Positions 1-9,247 of a stretch of 64,000 nucleotides of DNA are shown here, in pieces. This DNA is from Candidatus Obscuribacteraceae bacterium (lineage in GTDB: Bacteria > Cyanobacteriota > Vampirovibrionia > Obscuribacterales > Obscuribacteraceae). A program made the position numbers and the translations under genes. Under the pieces are notes generated by a model. That model worked only from the letters and a program-made list of their open reading frames with translations, was not told where the DNA came from and did not search any database. Where the stretch lies: the NCBI GenBank assembly GCA_044226015.1, contig JBGAHS010000004.1, positions 64,001 through 128,000 of the forward strand. The letters are read 5' to 3'. The stretch's first letter is position 1. Every line of letters starts with the position of its first letter.

Positions 1-833
1 AGAAGTGCGTTCCAGGATGGCTGTATTCCCATGCCTTGTTCGCTGTCTTTCAAATTGCTGCTTGCTAGCAGCCTTTTGTAATAGGTTGACCAGGGGGTGG
101 AATTTAAATCACCAATCAAAATCGTGGCTAATTTTGTATCCGCTAGCTCGCTTGCAAGGCGGCTGAATTCTTTGTTGCGATTTTGCCAGCGTTTTCGTCC
201 CGAAGGAGATGGCGGGTGTTCTGAAATAATGAGAACGGACTCTCCGGCAAGCTTGCAGATGCCTCTTACGCCATAGCGTCTTTCTGAATTTGTTCTTGTT
301 GGCTGCACTCTTTCGATAGGTACCTTGCTAAAAATCGCCGCACCGCCTGCGATGCCTTCATCGAAATGGAACTTATATTCAGGCAGCTCGTTGCTTATTC
401 TCTTCATCCAGGTCTTGTTAACTTCGCTCAAGCAGATTATGTCTGCATTGCTTTGTTGCAAGTAAGCTATGGTTTTTGTATAGCTTCGGTTTCGATTTCC
501 GTAGAGGTTCAAAGCCACCATGGTCAATTCGCTACGCGGGTTCTCACAGCTCTGTTTCGCATCAACTGGAAGGTAAAAAGGCACAATGTGCCAGAGGTTC
601 ATTATTACGCCAAGGCACGCAAGAAAACTCCCTTTTCTGTTTTTCAGCAGAAACAGCGCTGAGAAACATAAGCCCAGTCCAATTGTCCAGACCATGCGCA
701 ACTGATTGCACTGGTCTGAAAGATAGCCTATCGCTGGCGTAAAGCTGACCGATGAGATTGCTATCAAAAGAAGGGTAAGAACAATGATGCTGCTAATCAG
801 AAGCAAGTGAGTAAGCCGCCATAGTGTTTTCAT
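1..833 (-). CDS. Endonuclease/exonuclease/phosphatase (EEP) family membrane protein, 3' end truncated by window edge
   Basis: Not in the ORF track; translated by hand from ATG at 833. MKTLWRLTHLLLISSIIVLTLLLIA... hydrophobic N-terminus, then the EEP motif GDLNSTPWS and PSWNAL in the same frame at the edge. Confidence 0.8.
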   Translation of the reverse strand, partial: MKTLWRLTHLLLISSIIVLTLLLIAISSVSFTPAIGYLSDQCNQLRMVWTIGLGLCFSALFLLKNRKGSFLACLGVIMNLWHIVPFYLPVDAKQSCENPRSELTMVALNLYGNRNRSYTKTIAYLQQSNADIICLSEVNKTWMKRISNELPEYKFHFDEGIAGGAAIFSKVPIERVQPTRTNSERRYGVRGICKLAGESVLIISEHPPSPSGRKRWQNRNKEFSRLASELADTKLATILIGDLNSTPWSTYYKRLLASSNLKDSEQGMGIQPSWNAL

Positions 834-987
834 GCCATCCACCTTTGTCGTCTATTCTCAGGTTAGCACTATTGAAAGCAGGCTGGCGTAAAAGTACTGT
901 TAGCAGGGTTAAGCCAGTGTAAATTGGCGGTCTTGACACTGGGCTTCATTCGCTTCAGACTAATTGCGATGGTTTCTCGGTGAGCTT

Positions 988-1998
988 GTGAAAAAGCAGA
1001 TTAGAATCAGGCGATTGGTAGGGCTTGTTTCCTTGATTGTGCTATTGGCTTCTTTCGTAGTGTTTGTAAGCGGTGCAGATTCTTTCGCGGGATTCATCGA
1101 TAAGAAAGGCACTATAGTTTTCCGAATTCCAGATGGTTGTGTTGCAGACGAGTTCAGTGAAGGACTGGTTGCGGTTCAAAAGGGCAACCGCTGGGGATAC
1201 ATGGACAAGAGCGGTCAATGGGTTATACCGCCACAGTTCAAGAGTGCTCGAAAATTTTCACAGGGGCTAGCTGCTGTGTTTCTTGAAAAAGAAAAATCAT
1301 TTGTCTTCATCGACAAAACGGCAAAGGGAGTCATTGAAGTTGATGCCACCACTGTTGGTGATTTTCATGAAGGGTTGGCTATGGTGGCAAAGGGTGAGTT
1401 AGTTGGCTATATTGATCGGTCAGGAGCCTTCGTCATTCCTCAAGAGTATCAATTCAAGGGCGAGCGCTATTTTTCGCTCGGTGTTGTTCCAGTGGCTCAG
1501 GCTAATCCGCTTCGGTGGTGTTACATCGACCGGTTTAACCATCCTGTTTTGAATAAGAGTTTCTACGGAGCGAAAGAAGTTGTGGACGGTCTAGCACCGG
1601 TATGTAGTAGAACTGGTTCCGAACGAAAGGAACTCTGGGGTTATCTGGGTACAAGCGGAAGCAAATTTGCAATCGAGCCTCAGTACCTTTCTGCTGAGCC
1701 GTTTTCTAATGGAATAGCCTGCGTTCAACAAGGTGATTCAAATGAAGCTTCGAACAACTATTTTTTCATCAATGAGAGAAATGAGAAATTGCCTTTGAAG
1801 TTTGCTCACTTATCCAGGTTTAGCGAAGGTTTGGCCGCTATTGCCCAGTTGGGTAAAGATGGGACGAAGAAGTATGGATTTGTGGATGGCAGTGGCAAAT
1901 ACGTAATTGAGCCTCGTTTTGATTTCGCGGGAAACTTTTCAGAGGGTCTTGCTTTTATTTCCAAGCTTAAACCGCACTTTTGGGGGATGTCTAATTGA
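988..1998 (+). CDS. WG-repeat (KWG) protein, N-terminally anchored
   Basis: Repeated FSEGL...WGYID..G..VI.P motifs and an N-terminal hydrophobic segment; GTG at 988 preferred over TTG at 964. Confidence 0.85.
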   Translation: MKKQIRIRRLVGLVSLIVLLASFVVFVSGADSFAGFIDKKGTIVFRIPDGCVADEFSEGLVAVQKGNRWGYMDKSGQWVIPPQFKSARKFSQGLAAVFLEKEKSFVFIDKTAKGVIEVDATTVGDFHEGLAMVAKGELVGYIDRSGAFVIPQEYQFKGERYFSLGVVPVAQANPLRWCYIDRFNHPVLNKSFYGAKEVVDGLAPVCSRTGSERKELWGYLGTSGSKFAIEPQYLSAEPFSNGIACVQQGDSNEASNNYFFINERNEKLPLKFAHLSRFSEGLAAIAQLGKDGTKKYGFVDGSGKYVIEPRFDFAGNFSEGLAFISKLKPHFWGMSN

Positions 1999-2023
1999 TT
2001 TCTGTTATGCGAGGTGCTTTAAG

Positions 2024-2971
2024 TTGAAGTCGTTTGCAAGTTTAATTGCAACTGTTCTGTTGCTTTCGTCGGCTTTTCCGCAGTTGTCTTTTGCACTGCC
2101 AAGCTCAGCAGAGGTGGAAAGCGCAATCAAGAAAGCTGCAATTTTTCCTGCGAAAAAGCAACTAACGGTCGGAAAGTTTGAAGATGGTGAACTTAGTGTT
2201 TCGACCTATGTTGAAGAGAGCAGCAGCGATCCCGATAAAGATTCTAAGATTGATGCGCTTCTCATAGCGAAAATATTGATAGGCACTTTCTCTGAAATCA
2301 AACGTGTAACTGTGAATTTCTATTCCCAGAGTAATTCGAGAATGCTTAAGCAAGCCACAATAACCAAGCCCGAAGTAATTTCTTTCGGTGCCGGTGACGT
2401 GAATAGCAGCGAGATTTTGTCTGAGATAAAACTGATTGATAAATCCACTGCCCTTAGTCCATCTAGTGTTCCCACAGCTGCACAGTGGGTGCGACATCAC
2501 GTATCAGGTCAGGATAGGTTTCCTGGACTTAGCTTTCAATATCCAAAAGCCTGGGTTCTAGAACAAGCCGATATCTCCGCTGGAAACAGCACGGCATTCC
2601 TCATAAAAAGCTCTGCTTCGACATACCATCCCGCGCTGATTGAGCTAAAGGCGTACAGAACGAAAGGCAATTTGAGTGTTTTCAAAGAAACTGGTGCTCA
2701 TGTGAGAGAACACCGTGAAGAGAGAGGCTACAAACCCATAGATGGGGGCGAAGCGACTTATGGCACGGCTAATTCAATAAAAGGTTATTTCGAGAATTAC
2801 TCTGTTGTGCAGGAAAAAGACAGAGTATACGAATACAGGTTTTACTTTGGCTGGCCAGGATTCATTTATGTATTTCGCTCTTCATCAACTCAACTGGACA
2901 AGAAAAATGTAGATGCGTTGTTTAAGTCGATTTTGCGGAGTGCACAGATAGATCGAGCCTCTGCCCATTGA
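2024..2971 (+). CDS. Secreted hypothetical protein (possible PsbP-like C-terminal domain)
   Basis: TTG at 2024 after GAGGTG; signal-peptide-like N-terminus; LSFQYPKAW motif. Confidence 0.6.
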   Translation: MKSFASLIATVLLLSSAFPQLSFALPSSAEVESAIKKAAIFPAKKQLTVGKFEDGELSVSTYVEESSSDPDKDSKIDALLIAKILIGTFSEIKRVTVNFYSQSNSRMLKQATITKPEVISFGAGDVNSSEILSEIKLIDKSTALSPSSVPTAAQWVRHHVSGQDRFPGLSFQYPKAWVLEQADISAGNSTAFLIKSSASTYHPALIELKAYRTKGNLSVFKETGAHVREHREERGYKPIDGGEATYGTANSIKGYFENYSVVQEKDRVYEYRFYFGWPGFIYVFRSSSTQLDKKNVDALFKSILRSAQIDRASAH

Positions 2972-3039
2972 ATGTACAATTTCAGGGAGCAGGCGAACTG
3001 TTGAATCGGTTTAGCGCGCGCTTTGGGGAAGGTCGAACG

Positions 3040-3552
3040 CTATTTTATTGGGTTCTTGATTCTTTCTGTTGCTGCCGCCACCAGTTGTGACGCATTTTCT
3101 GGGTGATCTTTAAACATGCTGGATGACCATAACTTTTCGGCATGTCCTGACTTAGGCAAACTGAATATCTCAATCTGGTCTAGAAGAACGAAACCACCGG
3201 ACTGAGAATATACAAGGCATAGCCCTTCAGATTTAGCTGCGACAAGGAAGCTCTTGCTTGGTGCGCCCCCAGGTTTTTGCACGCATCCTGACTGCCATTT
3301 CTCTCCATGGTCAGCCATGACTTCGTGAATTTCTTTGCTGTCTCGATTTTGTAGATAAAAGTCTTTAACGCTTTTGGGCAGGTCGCTTACCGACTTCAAT
3401 TCGGTAAATTTATCGTGTTCAAGTTGTTGAAGCAGCTCTGTGGTCATCTGGGTGGCTTCCTTTGCGAATACTCTTGGTTCGCCTGAAATTGAGAAAATGG
3501 AAAGCAATACTGCTGTAGAAACAGTAACTCTTCTCAAAAACGGAATAGACAT
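3040..3552 (-). CDS. Secreted hypothetical protein
   Basis: 170-aa ORF with signal-peptide-like N-terminus. Confidence 0.65.
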   Translation of the reverse strand: MSIPFLRRVTVSTAVLLSIFSISGEPRVFAKEATQMTTELLQQLEHDKFTELKSVSDLPKSVKDFYLQNRDSKEIHEVMADHGEKWQSGCVQKPGGAPSKSFLVAAKSEGLCLVYSQSGGFVLLDQIEIFSLPKSGHAEKLWSSSMFKDHPENASQLVAAATERIKNPIK

Positions 3553-3597
3553 AAACTTGTCCTTGCAATAAATACGCTTAGACTGAATTCTAATACA

Positions 3598-4029
3598 TTA
3601 AACGCCAGTCTGCTGATTTACGCTGCGATTCTGCATCCGGATTGTTTGTCTCGGAACGCCACCTTTTGCATATCGTCGAAGTAGGGAGCGAACACGAGCT
3701 GAGAATTCTGGCATTTCAAAAGGAGCTGTCATGAAATCTTGAGCTCCGGCGTCAAGTCCTTTGATGGTGTCTTCGACACCGGGTCGAGGGCTGACCATGA
3801 TAATTGGCAGTTCGAGATTTGAATTCGAGAGTTTGCGGCATAGTTCTGAGCCATCCATGTCTGGAAGCGTTGAACTCATAACAGCTACGTCGTAATCATA
3901 ATCTTGTAGTTGTCTTAGAGCTTTCGTGCCACTAGGACTGATATCAACTTTATATCCTTCTTCAAGTAGCCAGTCGCGCATTGAATTTGCAATTGCGCTG
4001 TCGTTTTCGATGATGAGAATTCCAAACAT
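3598..4029 (-). CDS. Stand-alone atypical response regulator receiver (pseudo-receiver)
   Basis: OmpR-like REC sequence ILIIEND...GLDAGAQDFMTAPF...ARVRSLLRR; phosphoacceptor D->S and conserved K->A; no output domain; start refined to ATG at 4029. Confidence 0.8.
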   Translation of the reverse strand: MFGILIIENDSAIANSMRDWLLEEGYKVDISPSGTKALRQLQDYDYDVAVMSSTLPDMDGSELCRKLSNSNLELPIIMVSPRPGVEDTIKGLDAGAQDFMTAPFEMPEFSARVRSLLRRYAKGGVPRQTIRMQNRSVNQQTGV

Positions 4030-4232
4030 ATACACCACGCCTTTGATAGCTAATTGACAACATTCTCTGAACATTGTCATTTTCACATGCCTTTACCGCA
4101 TAATAATCGGCAAAAGGTAAAATTCCCGTGAAATAGTTTGGGCTCGAACTCGTATAAATCCCAAGTGATATGGAATTACTTAAAGTATTTAAGGCGAGAT
4201 GATTGGAATTCGCTAATTTATTGCCGTCGTGT

Positions 4233-5870
4233 TCAATCTCGTTCGGGAAGCAGAATGCAGCCATCCATGCCGTTTAACGTCAGTTCGATCTCTCCGTTTG
4301 AAACCTGGAATTTAGATCCAGTTAATGGGTCTATCCATTTTGAACCCTCTGCGAACTTTGCACGTGATGCAGAGATAGCCACCGTGCTCTGAGATTCGCT
4401 TGCATTCAAGGCTACGATGGCGCTATCGTCATCGGTTTTTCGAGCAAAGCAATAAATGTTCTTCTCGTCGAACACGTTGAGAGAAACAAATTCTCCTGCT
4501 CTCAGGGCTTTGTGAGCCATTCTTATTTGAATTAGCTTGTGAACATAGTTGGCTAACTCATCGTTTGCATTTATTTTGTTCCAGTCAAAGGTTCGCCTGC
4601 AGTCAGGGTCTTTTCCACCCATCATGCCGTATTCATCTCCATAATAAATCGTTGGCACACCGATGTACGTCATTTGAAACAAGAATGCCAGTCGTGATTT
4701 TCTCGAATCTCCGCCTGCTCGCTCGGCGAATCTGCTTATGTCATGGTTTGAGAGATGATTACTCAAGGCTTGCTGAACCTGAAGTGGATATTTCTGTCTG
4801 CATGTCCTCAGCAATCGATCAAACTCGCTTGCTTTTATTTTCTTTGCTTTGTTGTCGTAGTTGACTCCGCATATCCACTGGCTGACGGGGTCGGTGAACC
4901 CCTCAAAGTTGGTGACCGTATCCCACTCGTTTCCAGAGTTTGTCCACGCACTGGCATCGTGCCAGAACTCCCCGAGAATGACAGAATTTGGCTTCACTGA
5001 TTTGACAGATTTTCTGAAGTCTTGCCAGATTTCGTGGTTGAACTTATCCAAACCTTGCTTACCATTTTTGTCCACGTATTGCGGGGCGTCAACTCTCCAG
5101 CCATCTATATTGAAAGGTTCTTTCAAATAGTATTGGGCCACGGAATCTTGTTTTCTGTATACCATGTCTTTGACTGCATCCGAGCCAAAATTGAGTTTAG
5201 GCAGGCTATCGTAAGTCAAAAACGATGCATATTTATCAGGCCATTTGAAAAAAGTATAGTACGAAGAATACTTACTTTCCTTCGATTCATAGGCGCCTGG
5301 TTCGTTGGTTTGAGAGTTAGCATAGGCATACTTATGGAACCATTTGTGTGAGTCTCCGGTGTGATTAAACACCGCATCTAGTATCAGATGACATTTTCCA
5401 TTCTCATCTGAATGAATGGCTTCGCTCAGTTTGATTAGTGTTTCATTGCTGCCGAGACATTTTGCGACTTGATAATAGTCGCTTGTGTCATATTTGTGAT
5501 TGCTGGGCGATTCAAAAACTGGATTCAGGTATATGATGTTAGCTCCTAGCTGTTTGCATATATACTTCAGCTTCTGCTTCACTCCGTCGAGATCGCCCCC
5601 ATAAAAAGTGAACGCAGGACTTTGTCCCTCTGGTGGAACTGGGCTTTCGCCCCATTTCTTTTCAATGCATGCGTTTCCGGCATAGGTGTATGCGCCGCTC
5701 TTTATGTTGTTACTGCTGTCTCCATCATAAAATCGGTCAGGAAATATCTGGTAAATGACTCCGTCAAGATACCATTGGGGAATGTCTGGCTTTGCCACTG
5801 CGGCTGTTTGAAACAGAACGAGTGCGCCAAAGCTTGTAGTCAATAGTTTCGTAAAAGTCGAGTGTCTCAT
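4233..5870 (-). CDS. GH13 neopullulanase/cyclomaltodextrinase-like alpha-glucan hydrolase with signal peptide
   Basis: IYQIFPDRF, FYGGDLDG, LDAVFNH, GWRVDAP (nucleophile), GEFW, NHD, YYGDE; start refined to MRHSTF at 5870. Confidence 0.9.
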   Translation of the reverse strand: MRHSTFTKLLTTSFGALVLFQTAAVAKPDIPQWYLDGVIYQIFPDRFYDGDSSNNIKSGAYTYAGNACIEKKWGESPVPPEGQSPAFTFYGGDLDGVKQKLKYICKQLGANIIYLNPVFESPSNHKYDTSDYYQVAKCLGSNETLIKLSEAIHSDENGKCHLILDAVFNHTGDSHKWFHKYAYANSQTNEPGAYESKESKYSSYYTFFKWPDKYASFLTYDSLPKLNFGSDAVKDMVYRKQDSVAQYYLKEPFNIDGWRVDAPQYVDKNGKQGLDKFNHEIWQDFRKSVKSVKPNSVILGEFWHDASAWTNSGNEWDTVTNFEGFTDPVSQWICGVNYDNKAKKIKASEFDRLLRTCRQKYPLQVQQALSNHLSNHDISRFAERAGGDSRKSRLAFLFQMTYIGVPTIYYGDEYGMMGGKDPDCRRTFDWNKINANDELANYVHKLIQIRMAHKALRAGEFVSLNVFDEKNIYCFARKTDDDSAIVALNASESQSTVAISASRAKFAEGSKWIDPLTGSKFQVSNGEIELTLNGMDGCILLPERD

Positions 5871-5901
5871 ATGGCTCTCAAAGTAGAGAGCCCATTGTAC
5901 G

Positions 5902-7377
5902 TCATTTTGTATTGGACGACTTTTGCGCCTGCTCGAGAATCTTTGCGGGGTTATTATTCGGGTTGAGAAATTTGCTGAGAGCATTAACAACTTGCAGTGG
6001 ATTTCCCAGGGCTCGGGGAAGATCTTTTGCTGCACCTAAAATTGTTTCGCGCATGTAAGACGACATCTCCGCATTGTTTGAAACGGTGCCACTGAAAAAT
6101 ATAAGCGCCATTTCGTCGCCAGTCTCTTCACCCCAGGTTACTCGCTTTGGTGGATGATTTGGGTTTCTAAAATTGTCCTCTGAATTGTCGTATGTGAATT
6201 CAGCTTGAACCACAGTTCCTTTCGGCAAATGTATGGGGGCTTTGTAAGCGTACTGCTCTTGCCAGTTGAAATCCCAATTTTTTATCCAAATCAGAGGTAC
6301 GGTTTTTCCCTCTGGTGTTTTCGCACTGGCTTTTATCTGTTTGCAAAGCAAATGTGCATGGGGTGTCACTTGTAAGAGATCGAAATCGTTCGGGACTGTG
6401 GTGCTTGTTGTGACTATGTGACTCTTTTCGTTCGCTGGAATATCGATTTTTCTGCTTCGAATCGTTAGCGGAAGCAATATTTTCTTTGGTGCGGTCGTCG
6501 AATAATAGATGCCCATTTCGAATTGGGCAGGCTCTTTCTTTCCGTCAGGGTGTAGATGAAGCTGCACAACCAGGTCTGAGTCTTTTCGGAGTATGCGTGC
6601 AACTCCATCTGGCAGTGGAAGCATGCTGTTGCCGGGTGCCCAACCTCCCAGAGAGCCTGTTGGCAGAAAACCTGGACCTCCAAAACTTGGAAATCCCTGC
6701 TCACTGCTTTCCGCATCCTTCTTTCTTGCCTCACCTAAATTGTCCAGGAAGAACAAGGCATGGTGCATAACCTTAGGGTTGGCTGGGTGAAATTCGACAT
6801 GTGAAACAAATTTATTATCGACATTCTTAATTGGAAACACAAAACAACGATAGATGTCTGGACCATCTGCTGGCACCATATATGGTTCTGTCATTTTGAT
6901 GATCATGTCGGGCTTGCCGCCACGCCATTTGCCTGCTGCCATGGTTTGAGGTTTAGGGGCTGTGGAGAGATCTCCCGATGGGGCGCCATTTTTTATCCAT
7001 GTCTTTATGGACGCTAGTTCAGCATCGCTCAAGGCTCGTTCATTTTGAAATTGCCCAAATTCCTTTGTTGGTTTCCATGGTGGCATATAGCCGGACTCGA
7101 TTACAGCGGAGATCGTGCTGACACGCTTTTTCACATCAGCATAATTATCTAGCGCGAACGGTGCGACACCATTGCTCTGATGGCAGTTCGCACATTTCTC
7201 ATTGAACAAGTGCGCCATGTCTTTTGCATAGTCGAGCTGTTCGGTTTTTGTCTGTGCTTTTGCTTCTTTTGTAACGGGTGCCTCTGCATCTTTCGCTAGT
7301 ACTATCTGCGTACTTAGCAGTAGTGCACATAATGCTGCAAGCTGATGACTTAGGCGAGGGCGTGATTTGCAGAACAT
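5902..7377 (-). CDS. Cytochrome c domain + copper type II (PHM/DBH-like) monooxygenase-like protein
   Basis: Signal peptide; CANCH heme motif and MPPW; MHH and HLH (CuH), HAH and DEM (CuM); WDFNWQ. Confidence 0.85.
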   Translation of the reverse strand: MFCKSRPRLSHQLAALCALLLSTQIVLAKDAEAPVTKEAKAQTKTEQLDYAKDMAHLFNEKCANCHQSNGVAPFALDNYADVKKRVSTISAVIESGYMPPWKPTKEFGQFQNERALSDAELASIKTWIKNGAPSGDLSTAPKPQTMAAGKWRGGKPDMIIKMTEPYMVPADGPDIYRCFVFPIKNVDNKFVSHVEFHPANPKVMHHALFFLDNLGEARKKDAESSEQGFPSFGGPGFLPTGSLGGWAPGNSMLPLPDGVARILRKDSDLVVQLHLHPDGKKEPAQFEMGIYYSTTAPKKILLPLTIRSRKIDIPANEKSHIVTTSTTVPNDFDLLQVTPHAHLLCKQIKASAKTPEGKTVPLIWIKNWDFNWQEQYAYKAPIHLPKGTVVQAEFTYDNSEDNFRNPNHPPKRVTWGEETGDEMALIFFSGTVSNNAEMSSYMRETILGAAKDLPRALGNPLQVVNALSKFLNPNNNPAKILEQAQKSSNTK

Positions 7378-7386
7378 TTTCTTTTC

Positions 7387-7971
7387 CTATTCTTGAGCTT
7401 CCAAAAAGCAACCTACTGCTACTGTGCTGGTTGTTTTGATGGGCTTGTGTTCCACATACGCAAGGACTGCATCTGCGAGATCATTGGTTCTAATGACTGT
7501 TCTCCTCTGACCTATGCCAGCGTAGCGATCATCAATTCGTCCTCTGTAAATGACCTTGCCTTCTTTGAGGAGAAAAGCTTCGGGGGTTACTCGGGCAGCA
7601 AGAAGCTTTTGCAGTAGACCGTTTTCATCAACAACAATTCGAGCTGTTGGATGGTACTTGCTTAAAAATGTTTGTGCCTGTTTGCTTTCAGATTTGCTGA
7701 CTACGAGATTGAATTCGATCTCTTTTCGGAACTTTTGTGAGAGCGATTCTATTGTCGGAAATGACTCTATGCAAATTGGGCACTCGGGTGAAAAGTAGAT
7801 TACGACTCTGTCAGTTTTCATCAGCATGGAAGCATCTGCAGCTGATTCGATGCGTGTGAGTTCTTCTGTCCTCTGGGCTGTGGGGGTGGGTGCAGAATTA
7901 GACGCCAATGGGTCCGCTAGAAGGCTCAAAAGGAGTGTCACGGCAATTTTGAATAGAGGTTTGTTTTTCAT
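7387..7971 (-). CDS. Secreted redoxin/thioredoxin-like protein
   Basis: CPIC, TPEAF, YRGRIDD, C-terminal AVGC; signal peptide. Confidence 0.85.
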   Translation of the reverse strand: MKNKPLFKIAVTLLLSLLADPLASNSAPTPTAQRTEELTRIESAADASMLMKTDRVVIYFSPECPICIESFPTIESLSQKFRKEIEFNLVVSKSESKQAQTFLSKYHPTARIVVDENGLLQKLLAARVTPEAFLLKEGKVIYRGRIDDRYAGIGQRRTVIRTNDLADAVLAYVEHKPIKTTSTVAVGCFLEAQE

Positions 7972-8074
7972 TCACTTAGTCTCCCCATACTTCTACACGG
8001 GCTATCTGGAAAAGTTGTGCTTTCCGAATTTAATTAATTCAGAGCTATAATTGCGTAGTCTTTTGGTTTCATGT

Positions 8075-9247
8075 ATGGCTAGAATTTTATTCTTGAGTGA
8101 GCGTTTCCCTCCCGATATCGGTGGGCTAGCGGCAAGCACTGCCCGCATTTCGAAATGTCTTGCTGGCTCTGGGCACGATGTAGATGTCTTGGCCTGGAGT
8201 CGACATCTACAGGCAGCCCAACTCGAAGACTGCTCCAACTCCGCCGAAGGCGAAGAGACCGGACTGACAGTCTATAAGCAAGGACTCTATCGCAATTGGG
8301 ACCTGACAATGGCGGCAGCCATTAACGTAATCGACTGGTTGCACGAGAAGCATCCTTACGATCTTATCTGGGGGCATTACCTTAGCAAAGCCGGGTTTCT
8401 CGCCGTCTGGGTGGGTGAAAACAAAAACATACCGTCAATTGTTAGTGCCAGAGGCAATGACATCGACACGGAAGTCTTCCCCCCTGGAGATTTTGCAAGA
8501 TTGCAATGGACCCTACAAAGAGCCAGTGCAGTTAGCGCGGTAAGCAGAGATCTTGCTTCCAAAATTCGCGTTATTGCTCAAAGAGATGATGTGCGGGTAA
8601 TTCATAATTCGGTCGATGCTGAGCAGTTTCGTCCAGATTTTGGGGACGCGAGCTTGCGGCAAAATTTGGGGATAGCTGCTGACGAGGTGATTTTGGGGTT
8701 TGCTGGAGAACTGCGCGAGAAAAAAGGCATGCAATTTTTGCTTGAAGCTTTCAAGCAAGTTAAGGAGGCTATGAATGCGGTTCTCCTTATTATTGGCGAG
8801 GTCCGCCAACAGCAAAAGGTCAACTTGCAATTATTTGCTGCGGAAAATCCAGATGCCGCCTCCCGAGTAATAATTACGGGACACTTGCAAGAAGCGCGAG
8901 TGATATCTGAGCATTTGAATCTGTGTGATTTGTTCTTGCTTCCTTCAATTATGGAAGGTTTTCCGAATTCTTTGCTTGAGGCCATGTCTTGCGAAAGACT
9001 GTGTCTCGCCAGCGATGCGGGTGGTATTCCCGAGCTTTTGGAGCATGAGAAGAATGGATTCATCATTAAGAAGACACATTTGAATCATTTGTCCACTGCT
9101 ATTCGAGAATCATTGCAGCTTCCAGATGTAGAGAAGCGTCGCCTGGTTTCTGCGGCAAGAGATACAGTACTGAACAGGTTCAATCTAGAAATTGAAAGGG
9201 CTCAGCTAACTGAGCTCGTGGATGCTTTGCTTAGCAAAAAGCGGTAA
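8075..9247 (+). CDS. GT4-family glycosyltransferase
   Basis: FPPDIGG, KKG, EGFPNSLLEAM, GGIPE; start refined to ATG at 8075. Confidence 0.9.
   Translation: MARILFLSERFPPDIGGLAASTARISKCLAGSGHDVDVLAWSRHLQAAQLEDCSNSAEGEETGLTVYKQGLYRNWDLTMAAAINVIDWLHEKHPYDLIWGHYLSKAGFLAVWVGENKNIPSIVSARGNDIDTEVFPPGDFARLQWTLQRASAVSAVSRDLASKIRVIAQRDDVRVIHNSVDAEQFRPDFGDASLRQNLGIAADEVILGFAGELREKKGMQFLLEAFKQVKEAMNAVLLIIGEVRQQQKVNLQLFAAENPDAASRVIITGHLQEARVISEHLNLCDLFLLPSIMEGFPNSLLEAMSCERLCLASDAGGIPELLEHEKNGFIIKKTHLNHLSTAIRESLQLPDVEKRRLVSAARDTVLNRFNLEIERAQLTELVDALLSKKR

Noticed and set aside
366..742. + strand ORFs 366-662 and 476-742
   Set aside because: Antisense shadows of the EEP gene; the same applies to most short ORFs overlapping the called genes
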